A program made the translations under genes and the position numbers. A stretch of 52,510 bases of DNA from the IMG/VR virus record IMGVR_UViG_3300033067_002302, positions 1-52,510 of that record, one strand, 5' to 3'. This document shows positions 9,188 to 18,721 of the stretch, piece after piece. This DNA is from a virus (Duplodnaviria; Caudoviricetes). Position 1 is the stretch's first letter. Each line of letters begins with the position of its first letter. The notes below the pieces were generated by a model. It did not search any database and was not told where the DNA came from. It was given only the letters and a program-made list of their open reading frames with translations.

Positions 9188-9459
9188 GGCTGCATCTCCT
9201 TCGGACAGAACTTGTCGGCGGTGTTGATGACGCTGTTGATCGCGTACCAAGCCTCCTTGTCGACCGTGTCGACGAGTTGGCCGGCGTACCACTCCACGAT
9301 CTGTTCGTCGGTCATGCCGGTGCGCCCGACGTGGCAACCGGGCGCAAGACCGCGCTCGGCGAGCGCCTCTCGGACCGGCTGCACGATCCTCGGCGCGTCG
9401 CTCGGACCCGCGCGATCGAGCGTCTCGATCGCGTCCCGGGTGACCCGGCGCAGCGTCAC
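9184..9459 (-). CDS. hypothetical protein
   Basis: GTG start coupled to upstream stop (VTLRRVTRDAIE...). Confidence 0.6.
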   Translation of the reverse strand: MTLRRVTRDAIETLDRAGPSDAPRIVQPVREALAERGLAPGCHVGRTGMTDEQIVEWYAGQLVDTVDKEAWYAINSVINTADKFCPKEMQP

Positions 9460-10259
9460 GACGCACCCCCGAGAACGGGCGCGAGCGCGGTCAGCGCGGC
9501 CGGGAGCGCGGGCAGCTCCACGCCGAGCGGGTGCATCGCTTCGACGAGGTCGGCCCACCGCGCGAGCACGCGAGCCGCGGCCGTCGCGAGCGCCCCGAGC
9601 ACATCGTCGGTCTGCGTCGCGTCGGCGGCCACCTGCACGGCGTCGCGCCACGCGAGCACCGCGACGCGTGTGGACTCGAGCGCGGCCTCGGCCGGCGCGT
9701 GCTCGGCACGCGCCTGGTGCACGCACGCCTCGTCGTGGCACGTGTCCTCGGCGGCCTGCAGGTGCGCCAGGTACGCGTCGTCGGCGCCGCGCACGGCGAC
9801 GATCGCGACGGTGGTGCCCGCCGCGTGTTGGCTCAAGGCCGACGCACCACATCCGGGCAAGAGCAGTGCGCAGCCGGCCGCCCCGAAGAGCGCGGCGAGC
9901 ACGACGAAGAGCATCGCCGACCACGACGACGACCCATCGGTGCGGCTCCGCGGCGCAGACGGCGGCGGGGCGATGCTCGGCACGACGACCGTCCCAGGCG
10001 GCGCGGTGTGCAGTAGTGCGCGACCGCCCGAGATGAGCGAGACGACGATGCCGACGAGCGCGAGGATGGTCGCGACGAAGCCCTGCGGGTCGGCGAGCAC
10101 GACGTGGATGGCGCCGCCGATCTTTCCGATCGCGTGATCGACCTGCGTGCTCGGCGCGAGCACGAGGATGCCGAACGCGATCACGGAGCAGACGAGCGCC
10201 ACGATCGCGACGATCGCGGCGGGCCAGGGAGAGCGGAGGGGCGGCGTGGGTGCGGGCAT
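9456..10259 (-). CDS. membrane protein with internal lipobox, putative lysis (holin/spanin-like) protein
   Basis: Two N-terminal hydrophobic helices, third hydrophobic stretch ending LLLPG-C, then helical domain; AAAGGA RBS. Confidence 0.55.
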   Translation of the reverse strand: MPAPTPPLRSPWPAAIVAIVALVCSVIAFGILVLAPSTQVDHAIGKIGGAIHVVLADPQGFVATILALVGIVVSLISGGRALLHTAPPGTVVVPSIAPPPSAPRSRTDGSSSWSAMLFVVLAALFGAAGCALLLPGCGASALSQHAAGTTVAIVAVRGADDAYLAHLQAAEDTCHDEACVHQARAEHAPAEAALESTRVAVLAWRDAVQVAADATQTDDVLGALATAAARVLARWADLVEAMHPLGVELPALPAALTALAPVLGGAS

Positions 10260-10263
10260 GCGG

Positions 10264-10713
10264 TCAGTCCTTTCGGAGGTGGATGTGCGGGAGCGGGGGC
10301 GGCGCGTGGCCGCCAGCGGTGATGGAGCGGCGCACCTCGACGAGCTCGGCGTGCAGCGCGTCGATCCGCGTCTGCAGCTCCTCGCGGGCGGCGCGCTCGA
10401 TCGCGATCTCCTCACGCGCGACGCGCAGATCGCCCTGCGTGACGCGGTGGGCCTCGTCGCACGCGTCGAGGCGCGCGCGGAGGTCGGCCGTGGTGATCTC
10501 GTGATCGGCCTGCGTGCGTGCGCGCGTCTCGGCGTCGAGCCGTATCGATTTCGCGCGTGCGCGGAGAGCGTCACGCACCGCATCGATGAGCCGCACCAGC
10601 GCAGGCGTCACGACAGGAATCGCGGCGCGGATGGCGTGCACGAGCAGCGCGAGCGCCGAGATCAGCGCGGCGCCGCCCGTGAGGCCCTGCGTGGTGGCGA
10701 GCGTCTCGATCAC
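10264..10713 (-). CDS. N-terminal TM plus coiled-coil protein (holin/i-spanin-like)
   Basis: Hydrophobic N-terminus followed by long coiled coil; follows the tail fibre genes. Confidence 0.55.
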   Translation of the reverse strand: MIETLATTQGLTGGAALISALALLVHAIRAAIPVVTPALVRLIDAVRDALRARAKSIRLDAETRARTQADHEITTADLRARLDACDEAHRVTQGDLRVAREEIAIERAAREELQTRIDALHAELVEVRRSITAGGHAPPPLPHIHLRKD

Positions 10714-11855
10714 GTGCCCGCCGCCTCGGAGCCGTCGAAGCGGCGCCACTTGCCGGCGTAGAAGTAGAGCGGTGCGGTCGGCGTGGGCGATCCCGCCACG
10801 TGCCACGCGGTCGCGACCTGCCCATCACGGCCCGGCGGCAGCACCGGCCCGTTGCCCGTCGCGTTGCCCGGCACGTAGCCGGCGAGGCCCACCTCGGAGA
10901 GGTCGTGCACGGCGGCGGGCTGGTTGGCGAACCACACGCCCGCGCGCGGTCCCGAGACGTACACGTCGCCGGTCACGCTGCCCCAGTAGGGGTTGTCCAC
11001 GACGGCCGGAGCGCTCGGCGCGTTCACGTGCTCGAGGCGCAGGTGGTAGACGACCGCCTTCGGATCGATGCGCACGGGCGAGGTCGCGGAGGTGAACCCG
11101 CCGCGGATCGTCACGCTCGTCGCGACCAGCACGAACCCCGCCGAGCCGCCGTCGTCGAAGTGCCAGCCGCGCGCGTTGCCCTCGTGGAGCCAGCCCTCGT
11201 GCAGCACGTCGGCGCACGCCGTGAAGCGGCCCATGACGGCGCCCTCGGCGTTGCAGCCGAGCACGCGATGGCCGACGCCGCCGGCGTGGTGCACGGCGAT
11301 GGGCGGCCCGTTGAACTGGCACCGATCCACCGTGATGCCGTTGCAGTCGTTCTGCGCGCGCACGCCGGTGCCGGTGCCGTAGAACGACGTCTCTCGGATC
11401 GTCGTCATGTCGCTCGCGTCGTCGAGCACGCCGATCGCGCCGCTGACCATGCAGCGCTCGATCGAGCACTGGCCGCCGCCGGTGATGCGCACGGCGGTCG
11501 CGTCGCTGAGCACGCCCACGTCCTCGGCGCGTGCGTGGCAGTCCACGTTGATGCCGGGCGCGTCGCTCAGCACGAGCCCGTGGCCGCCCTTGAAGTCGAG
11601 CAGCGAGACGAGGCGCCCCTCGCCGCGGAGCGTGATCTGGCCGTAGCGGTGCACCCCGTTCACGCCGGCGAGCACGAGATCGCTGCTGAGCAGGTAGTGC
11701 CCGTCGGGCACCTCGAGCACGCCGCCGCCGTAGTACACGCCCCACGGCGTCGAGCGCATCGTGCCCGCGAGCGTCGAGATGGCCGCGAGGAAGGCGGCGG
11801 TGGAGTCCACCTGCCCCTTCGGATCGGCGCCCTTGTCGATGACGTTGATCCGCAT
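10710..11855 (-). CDS. pectate-lyase-like beta-helix tailspike / depolymerase
   Basis: NVIDKGADPKGQVDSTAAFLAAI...VLEVPDGHYL is the classic GH28/pectate_lyase_3-type N-terminus. Confidence 0.85.
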   Translation of the reverse strand: MRINVIDKGADPKGQVDSTAAFLAAISTLAGTMRSTPWGVYYGGGVLEVPDGHYLLSSDLVLAGVNGVHRYGQITLRGEGRLVSLLDFKGGHGLVLSDAPGINVDCHARAEDVGVLSDATAVRITGGGQCSIERCMVSGAIGVLDDASDMTTIRETSFYGTGTGVRAQNDCNGITVDRCQFNGPPIAVHHAGGVGHRVLGCNAEGAVMGRFTACADVLHEGWLHEGNARGWHFDDGGSAGFVLVATSVTIRGGFTSATSPVRIDPKAVVYHLRLEHVNAPSAPAVVDNPYWGSVTGDVYVSGPRAGVWFANQPAAVHDLSEVGLAGYVPGNATGNGPVLPPGRDGQVATAWHVAGSPTPTAPLYFYAGKWRRFDGSEAAGT

Positions 11856-11858
11856 GGG

Positions 11859-13670
11859 TCAGCCTCGCGCCGTCGAGAAGATCTCGAGGTAGTCAGCCCA
11901 GTCGATCACCGCCGTCACCGGCGTCGTGCCGGCCGACTTGATGATCGTCATCTGGCATGGCTGCCAGGCCGCGTTCGGCAGGCCCGTGGAGAGCGTGCCG
12001 AGGCTCGTGCCGTCCATGAAGAACTCGCAGCTCGTGCCGCCGGGATCGACGACGATCTCGGCGAGGTGCCAGCCCGTCGTGACCGCGACGCTCGAGGTCG
12101 AGGCGCCGCCGCCGCCAGTCTTGATCCGCCAGTTGACCGACGTGAGGCGGTCGTACTCGAACCACATGCCCGTCGCGCCGGCGAGCCAGCGGTTGTTGGC
12201 CGCGCCGATCGCGAACTTGAACTCGTCGGTCACGTTCGACAGCTGATCGAGCTTGAACGCGTACCGGAGCACGACGATGCCGCCGCCGAGCTGCGGACCC
12301 ACGTTGATGTTGCCGATCGCGAGCAGCGTCAGCATGCAGCCGACGCCCGCGTTCGTGGTGCCGCTCGTGATCTGCACGAGACCCGGACGCCCCGCGATGA
12401 GGCCGCCGCCCGCACCCGCCGATGTCGCAGCCGCAGCCGCAGCGCCCGTGCCCGAGCTGTCGTTCAGCCATGCCGCGACGCCCGCGGCGGTGACGCCCTC
12501 GAAGAGGTCGGTGCGCTGCGTGGCGGTCCAGCGCGGATCGAGGTGCGTGGTCCCGTTCTCTCCGAACGGGCGCCAGCGCGACGTGGTGCCGTCGTAGATG
12601 AGGGTGCGCGACTGCCCCGGCAGGAGCACGAAGCGGTCGGCGAAGCGGTTGGCGGCCGAGCTCGCAGCGCTCTCACGGCGGAAGAAGATCGGGAAGCTGC
12701 CGACGTTGTGCAGCGTGACCTCTTGCCACGCGGTGCCCGCGAGCAGACCCGTCACCTGGACGAGCGACGAGGCAGCGACACGGATCTGCGCCGCGGTCGA
12801 GAGGCCGGTCGGCGACCAGTCGTTCGTGTTGGCCGCGAGGGTCGTCGGCGTGATCGCGCCGGACTTCACAAGCGCCTTGGTGATCGTCGCGCTGCCGACG
12901 TTCGAGAGGTCTTGGGCGTTCAGGCCGAGCGCGGCCGTGAGCGTGCCCGCGACCGTGCGCAGCACCGCCTCGGTGAGCACGTGCACGTGACCCGCGTCGG
13001 CGAGCTTGCCGCTCGCGCCCGCCGATGCCGCGGTGCCCACGTCCTGCGCGAGCGAGCCCGAGATGTCAGCGGCGACCGTCTGCAGGCCCGTGCCGCTCAC
13101 CACGACGCCGGTGCCGGCCGTGATCGCGTTGCAGCGGGTGAACGTGATCGATGTGACGCCCGGCGTCGGCGCGATCTGGTCGAGCTGCCAGAGCGTCCCG
13201 CCGTTCGCATTGCCCGTGATGACGTGCACGAGCGCGCCGTTCGTCAGGTCGCCCGCGGCGTCGAAGTCGGACGCGCGTGTGGGCGCGCCGCTCGCGGCCA
13301 CCACGTAGACGCCGTTCTCGACGCTCGACGCCTGGTTCTTGATGAGGATGCGGTCGCCGGTCGCGAGCGTCTTTCCGTCGATCGTCTGACCGTTCGCGAA
13401 GCTGCTCGCGAGCGTGCCCGCGACCGTCGTCGCGATCCGCACCTCTTGCTTCGCGACCGGTGCCGCGACCGCGCCGATGCGCGCCTCGAGCGAGTCGGCC
13501 GTCGAACCATCGCGCAGGCCGACGGCCGTGGCGATCTGCACGATGCGCGTCTTGATCGCCTCGAGCTCCGCGGCCGTCAGCTCGCGATCGAGGTCTGCGA
13601 CGGGCAGACCCGTCTTCACCCGGCCAAGGTCCGAATCGACCTTCGCCGGGAGCGGTGCAGTCAGTCCCAT
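11859..13670 (-). CDS. tail fibre protein
   Basis: KQEVRIATT...QTIDG..LATGDRILIKNQ....NGVYVV....TRASDFD fibre motif; follows baseplate genes. Confidence 0.85.
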   Translation of the reverse strand: MGLTAPLPAKVDSDLGRVKTGLPVADLDRELTAAELEAIKTRIVQIATAVGLRDGSTADSLEARIGAVAAPVAKQEVRIATTVAGTLASSFANGQTIDGKTLATGDRILIKNQASSVENGVYVVAASGAPTRASDFDAAGDLTNGALVHVITGNANGGTLWQLDQIAPTPGVTSITFTRCNAITAGTGVVVSGTGLQTVAADISGSLAQDVGTAASAGASGKLADAGHVHVLTEAVLRTVAGTLTAALGLNAQDLSNVGSATITKALVKSGAITPTTLAANTNDWSPTGLSTAAQIRVAASSLVQVTGLLAGTAWQEVTLHNVGSFPIFFRRESAASSAANRFADRFVLLPGQSRTLIYDGTTSRWRPFGENGTTHLDPRWTATQRTDLFEGVTAAGVAAWLNDSSGTGAAAAAATSAGAGGGLIAGRPGLVQITSGTTNAGVGCMLTLLAIGNINVGPQLGGGIVVLRYAFKLDQLSNVTDEFKFAIGAANNRWLAGATGMWFEYDRLTSVNWRIKTGGGGASTSSVAVTTGWHLAEIVVDPGGTSCEFFMDGTSLGTLSTGLPNAAWQPCQMTIIKSAGTTPVTAVIDWADYLEIFSTARG

Positions 13671-13679
13671 GCGTTCACC

Positions 13680-16103
13680 TCAGGAGCGGAAGCCCAGTTG
13701 GAACGACGCATCGACCCACCCGACCACGTAGGTGGTCAGGCCGGTGCGGTTGCGAAGCACGAGCGCGCCGTCGGTCGTGCGCGCGTAGATGCAGATCCCC
13801 GTGTCCTCGGTCGCCGTGTCGTTCAGCAGCACGAGGTGGTAGCCGCGGTCGAGGCCGGCCCCGACGGTCGCGTGGCCGCCCGGACCGGTGTAGCGAGCGA
13901 TCACCTCGGCGAAGACGGGTGCCGCCGTGTCGTTCGCGTGTGCGTCGCCCGCGTGGCCGGGGAGCAGGTCGTAGTTCGCGCTCCGGATGAAGGCGACGCG
14001 CACCGCTCGATCACGCCAGTCGATCGTCGCATCGAGGAGCTGTTCGCTCGTCCCGGCCACCGAGGTCGCGAAGAAGCGGCGCGCCCAGCCGACCGACCCG
14101 CGTTGCTGCGCGAGCACCTTGCCGGTGTGGCGGAGGGCCTCCGGGATGTACGGCCGCGCGCTGCCCCGCACGTGCGCGTGCCCGAGCGGCTCGCTACCCG
14201 TCGCGACGCCCAGGAGGGAGCGGTCCTGCAGCGCGTTGAGCACCCACGGCTCGCAGTTCTGCGTGTCGGTCGCCGCGACCGCGGGGAGCGTGGGCGGCGA
14301 GAGTCGCTGCCCGATCTGCATGCTCGCGTCGATCGTCAGCACGTAGGTCTCGATCACGCCGTTGCCCGAGGCGTCCGCGTCGCGCGCGAGCATGAGCGCG
14401 TTCGTGCTCGTGTCGGCGTAGAGCCGTAGGCCGCTGCCGGTGATGCCGACCGTGAGCCACTCGAGCTCGGTGCCGTGCGCGGTGAAGCTGCCCGCCGTGG
14501 TGCCGAGGCGCGTGTAGCCGATCGCGTAGCAGGGCTGCGCCGGATCGGCGGACCCTGGCGGAGCCGTGAGCTCGTCGGTCGCTCGGTACGTGCCCGGATC
14601 GCCCGCGTGTCGGTCCGAGCCGAGCGGACCCGCTGCGCCCGCGGCGAAGCCCAGCGGCCAGCGCGCCATGTTGACGGTCAGGCACGTCGCGTAGATGACG
14701 CGATCGCGCCAGTCGATGCCGTCGTCGAGCATCACCGTCTGACCCGGCGACAAGTTCACGACGTGCGCGACGATCGAGCGTCCGCCCTTGTTGAGCGCGG
14801 TGATCGTCCAGTTGTCGGCGCTCGTCGTCGCCGCCGGGATCCGCATCAGCCCCTTGGCCGCCATGCGCGACACCCACGCCGCGCCCACGCCGGCCGCCGC
14901 GAACGACTGGCCGTCGGCGAAGGCGTAGTCGCCGCTCGCGTTGTCGTACTGCGACGTGCACGCGAGCAGGCCGAAGAGGTAGCGTGTGGTGCCGTTGCTG
15001 TTCCGGATCCGCAGCTTGCCCGTGGTCGAGTCGGCGTAGATCTGCACGCCCGTGTCGAGCGTCGCGTAGTACGTCGTCGAGCTGACCGCGGTATCGCCCG
15101 GGCCGGTGTAGATGAGCCGCGCGAAGCGGTTGCCGATCGTGCCGCTCGCGTCGCTCGAGCCGCCAGGACGGATGTCGGCCGTGTGCGTCTTGCACGCGAC
15201 GAACACGAGCCGCTTGCGCCAGTCGAGCGAGTCCTCGATTACGAGGTTCGCGCCCGCGCCGATCAGCAGGCCGAACACGACGCTCTCCTGTCCCGACATG
15301 ATGCCGGCGAAGGTCATCGTGGTCGTGCCGCCGCCCGTTGCGGGCTTGCGCAGGATCGCGTCCTGGATGGCCGTGAGGTCGGCCGCGCGCACGATGGAGC
15401 CCGGTCCGTAGCTCCGCACACGCTGCGGCGGCGTGAGCCCGGCGACCGCGCCCGCGTCGGGCACGAACACGGCGCGAAGGAACGCGCGCCCGAGGATGCT
15501 CGTCGCCGAGGCCCAGGTGGCGACCGCGGTGCCGATGCTTGACTCGATCGCGGGGCTGCCGTCCTGGCCGAAGCACCGCGCCGGCACCATGCGCGCGAGC
15601 ACCGTCGCGACCGCCTTGCGGATCGCCGGATCGGAGAACTCCGCCTCGGAGAGCGTCGTCTGGATCTGGTAGGTGAGCTCGGGCGCCGACGTGTAGTCCA
15701 CCTGCTGGTAGTCCACGCCCCAGCTCTGCACCGTGGCGCTCGTCGAGATCGCCGCGAGCGCCGTCGCGATCCGCTCGGCCATCGCGCCGCCACGCGCGCT
15801 CTCGGCCGCCACGAGGCGCGCCTGGCGCTCCTGCACCTCGCGCACCGCGTCGTCGGCGAGCTGGTAGAGGCGCTCCCACTCGTCGAGCAGCTCGACGGTC
15901 TTGCTCGGGAACGCGTTGGCGCGCGCGCGCACCGTCGCGGTGTGGACGTAGTGGAGCACCACCGCCCACGCCTCGATCTCGATTGCGAAGATGCTGCTGT
16001 CGTCGCTCGCGTAGCCGTCGGGCAGGAGCCGTCGCACGAGCTGGGCGAAGTCGTGCACCGACGGCTCGCCGAACGGCGTGCCGAGCATCATCGGGAGCGG
16101 CAT
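13680..16103 (-). CDS. baseplate wedge protein (Mu gp48/DUF2313-like N-terminus) with long repeated C-terminal extension
   Basis: LLPDG...FP.KT.ELLDEWERLY.L...ERQARL motif; directly after baseplate J. Confidence 0.75.
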   Translation of the reverse strand: MPLPMMLGTPFGEPSVHDFAQLVRRLLPDGYASDDSSIFAIEIEAWAVVLHYVHTATVRARANAFPSKTVELLDEWERLYQLADDAVREVQERQARLVAAESARGGAMAERIATALAAISTSATVQSWGVDYQQVDYTSAPELTYQIQTTLSEAEFSDPAIRKAVATVLARMVPARCFGQDGSPAIESSIGTAVATWASATSILGRAFLRAVFVPDAGAVAGLTPPQRVRSYGPGSIVRAADLTAIQDAILRKPATGGGTTTMTFAGIMSGQESVVFGLLIGAGANLVIEDSLDWRKRLVFVACKTHTADIRPGGSSDASGTIGNRFARLIYTGPGDTAVSSTTYYATLDTGVQIYADSTTGKLRIRNSNGTTRYLFGLLACTSQYDNASGDYAFADGQSFAAAGVGAAWVSRMAAKGLMRIPAATTSADNWTITALNKGGRSIVAHVVNLSPGQTVMLDDGIDWRDRVIYATCLTVNMARWPLGFAAGAAGPLGSDRHAGDPGTYRATDELTAPPGSADPAQPCYAIGYTRLGTTAGSFTAHGTELEWLTVGITGSGLRLYADTSTNALMLARDADASGNGVIETYVLTIDASMQIGQRLSPPTLPAVAATDTQNCEPWVLNALQDRSLLGVATGSEPLGHAHVRGSARPYIPEALRHTGKVLAQQRGSVGWARRFFATSVAGTSEQLLDATIDWRDRAVRVAFIRSANYDLLPGHAGDAHANDTAAPVFAEVIARYTGPGGHATVGAGLDRGYHLVLLNDTATEDTGICIYARTTDGALVLRNRTGLTTYVVGWVDASFQLGFRS

Positions 16104-16118
16104 GCGCAGACCTCGTCG

Positions 16119-17693
16119 TCAGACGTGCGTGATGCGCAGGACGCCGAGCGCCACGCGCGCGAACTCGGCTGCCGTCACGACACCCACGGGCGCCACGACG
16201 GTGCAGCCCTCCACGCCCTCGTTCGCGGCGAGCACGGCCGCCGAGATGCGCTCGGGGCGCAGCGCGTACTCCCAGGCAACGCCGGGATCGGGGTAGCGCT
16301 CGTAGCCGTCGTCATCGCTCGGCCCGAGGCCGTCGAAGAGCGTGCCGATCGCGGCGATGATATCCGCGGTGAGCGGTCCGCCGGGATCGACGAGGGCGCC
16401 AGCGCTCGGCGCGGCGGGGAGCGGCGGGCTCACGGTGAGCGTCGAGCCGCTCTTGCCGATCACGGTGACCTCGTAGAGGCCCGGGCGCACGCCGCTGCCG
16501 ACGTAGACGAGCACGCGCATCCCCACGTCCACGAGCGTCGGCGTCGCAGTGAGCACCACCGCCGTCGTCGTGCTGCCCGCATTCACCGTGTAGCTGCCGG
16601 TCCAGTCCGGCTCGAACCCAGGCGCGGCGGTGATCTGCAGCGTCACGTCCTGCGTCACGTCGTCGGCGAGCTGCCGGACGCGGATGTCGTCGAACTTCGA
16701 AGCCTGCGCCTGTAGGTACGCAAGGATCGTCGCGTTGGTGTTGGTGCCGGTCGCGCGCGCGCCACTCACGCCGATCGGCACCACGTCGATCGTGCCGATC
16801 CCGCGGTAGCCGACGAACACGCATGCGTCCTCGATGCGGACACCCGGCGTGCGGCGCGCCCAGTCGCGATAGTCGGCGCGGTTGCCCGAACCGGGGCGCT
16901 CGCCCGCCCACGCGAGGATGCGCTGGCGGAGCTGCTCGGGGGTCTCCACGTCGCCGCCACCCGTCAGCTCGAGCACCGTCGCCTGCGCCACGGTCGTGCC
17001 CGGGGGCGAGTCCCACGTGAGCACGTCGCCAGGGAGCAGGTTGCCCGCCGCGCCCGCATCGACCGCCTCGATCGAGACGACCGCGCCCGTGATCGGGGCG
17101 ATGGTGTCGCCGATGGTCGGCTGCGTGGTGAGCGCCTGGTAGAGGTCGAGCGCGAACGTGGTCCCGATCTCGGGCAGGACATCGCGCACCGCGCGCGTGA
17201 CGCCGCCGATGCTCACCACCATGTCGGCGGTGATGCCCGTCGCGTTCGGCGAGACGAGCACGCGGCTCGTCGTGCTGCCGAAGAGCACGGTCTTGCCGGC
17301 GAAGCCCGGCGTGCTCGTGCTGACGCCCGTCGAGACCTTGTACTTGCGGCCGCTCGGATGGCTGAGCGTCAGGCCGGCCGTGAGCGCCTCGCCCGCTGCG
17401 GCCGAGGTCGCGAGGATCTTCCCCTTCGCGGGCGCGGCCGGCAGGAGCCCAGCGTCGGCGCCCATGCGCGCCCGCGCGTGATCGGGCAGGAATGCGGGGC
17501 TCGCCGTGGTGGGCAGGATCTCGCGGACCATGTCCACGATAGGTTGCTGCAGGCCGAAGTAGACCGCAGCGACCGCGCGCGCGCGCATCCACTCGTCGGA
17601 ACCCTTGGCGAGGTTCATCTCGGGCGAGCGCCCGCGCAGGTGCGCGAGGATGAGGTCGTGCAGCTCGTCGAGCGTCCGCGTCGTGAAGCTCAT
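16119..17693 (-). CDS. baseplate J / Mu gp47-like protein
   Basis: GAAGNL...LTGGGDVET.EQLRQRI...GN.ADY..WA..TPGV motifs. Confidence 0.92.
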   Translation of the reverse strand: MSFTTRTLDELHDLILAHLRGRSPEMNLAKGSDEWMRARAVAAVYFGLQQPIVDMVREILPTTASPAFLPDHARARMGADAGLLPAAPAKGKILATSAAAGEALTAGLTLSHPSGRKYKVSTGVSTSTPGFAGKTVLFGSTTSRVLVSPNATGITADMVVSIGGVTRAVRDVLPEIGTTFALDLYQALTTQPTIGDTIAPITGAVVSIEAVDAGAAGNLLPGDVLTWDSPPGTTVAQATVLELTGGGDVETPEQLRQRILAWAGERPGSGNRADYRDWARRTPGVRIEDACVFVGYRGIGTIDVVPIGVSGARATGTNTNATILAYLQAQASKFDDIRVRQLADDVTQDVTLQITAAPGFEPDWTGSYTVNAGSTTTAVVLTATPTLVDVGMRVLVYVGSGVRPGLYEVTVIGKSGSTLTVSPPLPAAPSAGALVDPGGPLTADIIAAIGTLFDGLGPSDDDGYERYPDPGVAWEYALRPERISAAVLAANEGVEGCTVVAPVGVVTAAEFARVALGVLRITHV

Positions 17694-18058
17694 CCGGTCA
17701 CCGCGTGCGTGTAGGGGATCGAGACCGGCACGCCGCGCGCGTTCCGGTACGTGATGGTCAGCGCGACGGAGGTCTTGCCCACGACCGCAGTGATCGTGAG
17801 GCCGGGCAGGACGCCACGATCGACGAGGTGCTGCAGCGCCTCACGCGCGTACGCCTCGGCGAGCCGCTTCGTGGCGCCGTTGATCTTCTTGATCTGGTGC
17901 AGGCGCGAGCCGAACCACGGCGCGATGGCACTCGATCCGCGCTTGGTGCGCAGCGCGAGCACGACCTCGCTCGTCGGCGAGAGATCCTCTCGCCGCTCGC
18001 CGCGCACGAGCTGGTAGTCGCCCGTCGTCGGGTCGATGTAGGGCGAGCGGCAGGTCAC
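17690..18058 (-). CDS. Mu gp46-like baseplate protein
   Basis: WFGSRLHQI...AEAYAREALQHLVD motif. Confidence 0.88.
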   Translation of the reverse strand: MTCRSPYIDPTTGDYQLVRGERREDLSPTSEVVLALRTKRGSSAIAPWFGSRLHQIKKINGATKRLAEAYAREALQHLVDRGVLPGLTITAVVGKTSVALTITYRNARGVPVSIPYTHAVTG

Positions 18059-18711
18059 GAGGTCGCCTTCACGCGGCTCGCAGCGACGCTGGCGAACGTC
18101 GGCATCTGCTGCGCCACCTGGGGTGCTCCGGTGTTGCCGCTGATCGTGCCGCCCGTGTGCGTGTGCGCGTTGAACAGCGACTGGATCGTGTCGAGGCGGT
18201 CCTTCACGAGGTTCGCGAGCGCCACGTACGCGCTCGCCGCGTCGCCGCCGAGCCGCACGTCGCTCGCATCGATCACGACCTTCATGCCCTCGACGCGCAC
18301 GCTGCCATCGTTCTTCAGGTGGACGATCGGGCGCGTGCTCACCGTGTCGGTGAGGTCACCCATCCAGCGCAGGTACACCTCGCCCTTCTCGAGCGAGATC
18401 TGCCAACGCCGATCCTTCGTCGCGATCACGTCGCGCGTGTCGCCGCTGCGCACGAAGAGCGCCTCGCACGCGCCGCCGGCCGTCGGGTCGGCCGGGCGCC
18501 AGAGGAGCCCCGCCTCGCCGAACACATCGCACGACGTGAGCTGCTCGACCTCGGGATCGTCCGCGTGGTCGCGCGTCAGGTCGAGATCCGGCGGGCCGTC
18601 GCCCACGATGGTCGTCTGCACCGACGCCGACGCCGATCCGCTCGTGCTCGCGGTCAGGTTGCCGTGCCCGATGAGCCCTTCGACCTCGGCATCGACGTTC
18701 GTGCGCATCAT
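18055..18711 (-). CDS. baseplate central spike (Mu gp45-like)
   Basis: D.R....LEKGEV.L motif and C-terminal HTH (iron-binding HxH). Confidence 0.85.
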   Translation of the reverse strand: MMRTNVDAEVEGLIGHGNLTASTSGSASASVQTTIVGDGPPDLDLTRDHADDPEVEQLTSCDVFGEAGLLWRPADPTAGGACEALFVRSGDTRDVIATKDRRWQISLEKGEVYLRWMGDLTDTVSTRPIVHLKNDGSVRVEGMKVVIDASDVRLGGDAASAYVALANLVKDRLDTIQSLFNAHTHTGGTISGNTGAPQVAQQMPTFASVAASRVKATS

Positions 18712-18721
18712 GGCGACGACC

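Noticed and set aside
10800-14429. 1209-aa plus-strand ORF and similar long ORFs (17705-20596, 21319-23574, 4716-6683)
   Set aside because: Antisense shadows of genuine minus-strand structural genes, expected at this GC content
10710-16103. Diversity-generating retroelement or invertible fibre cassette
   Set aside because: No reverse transcriptase, invertase or TR/VR repeat pair seen
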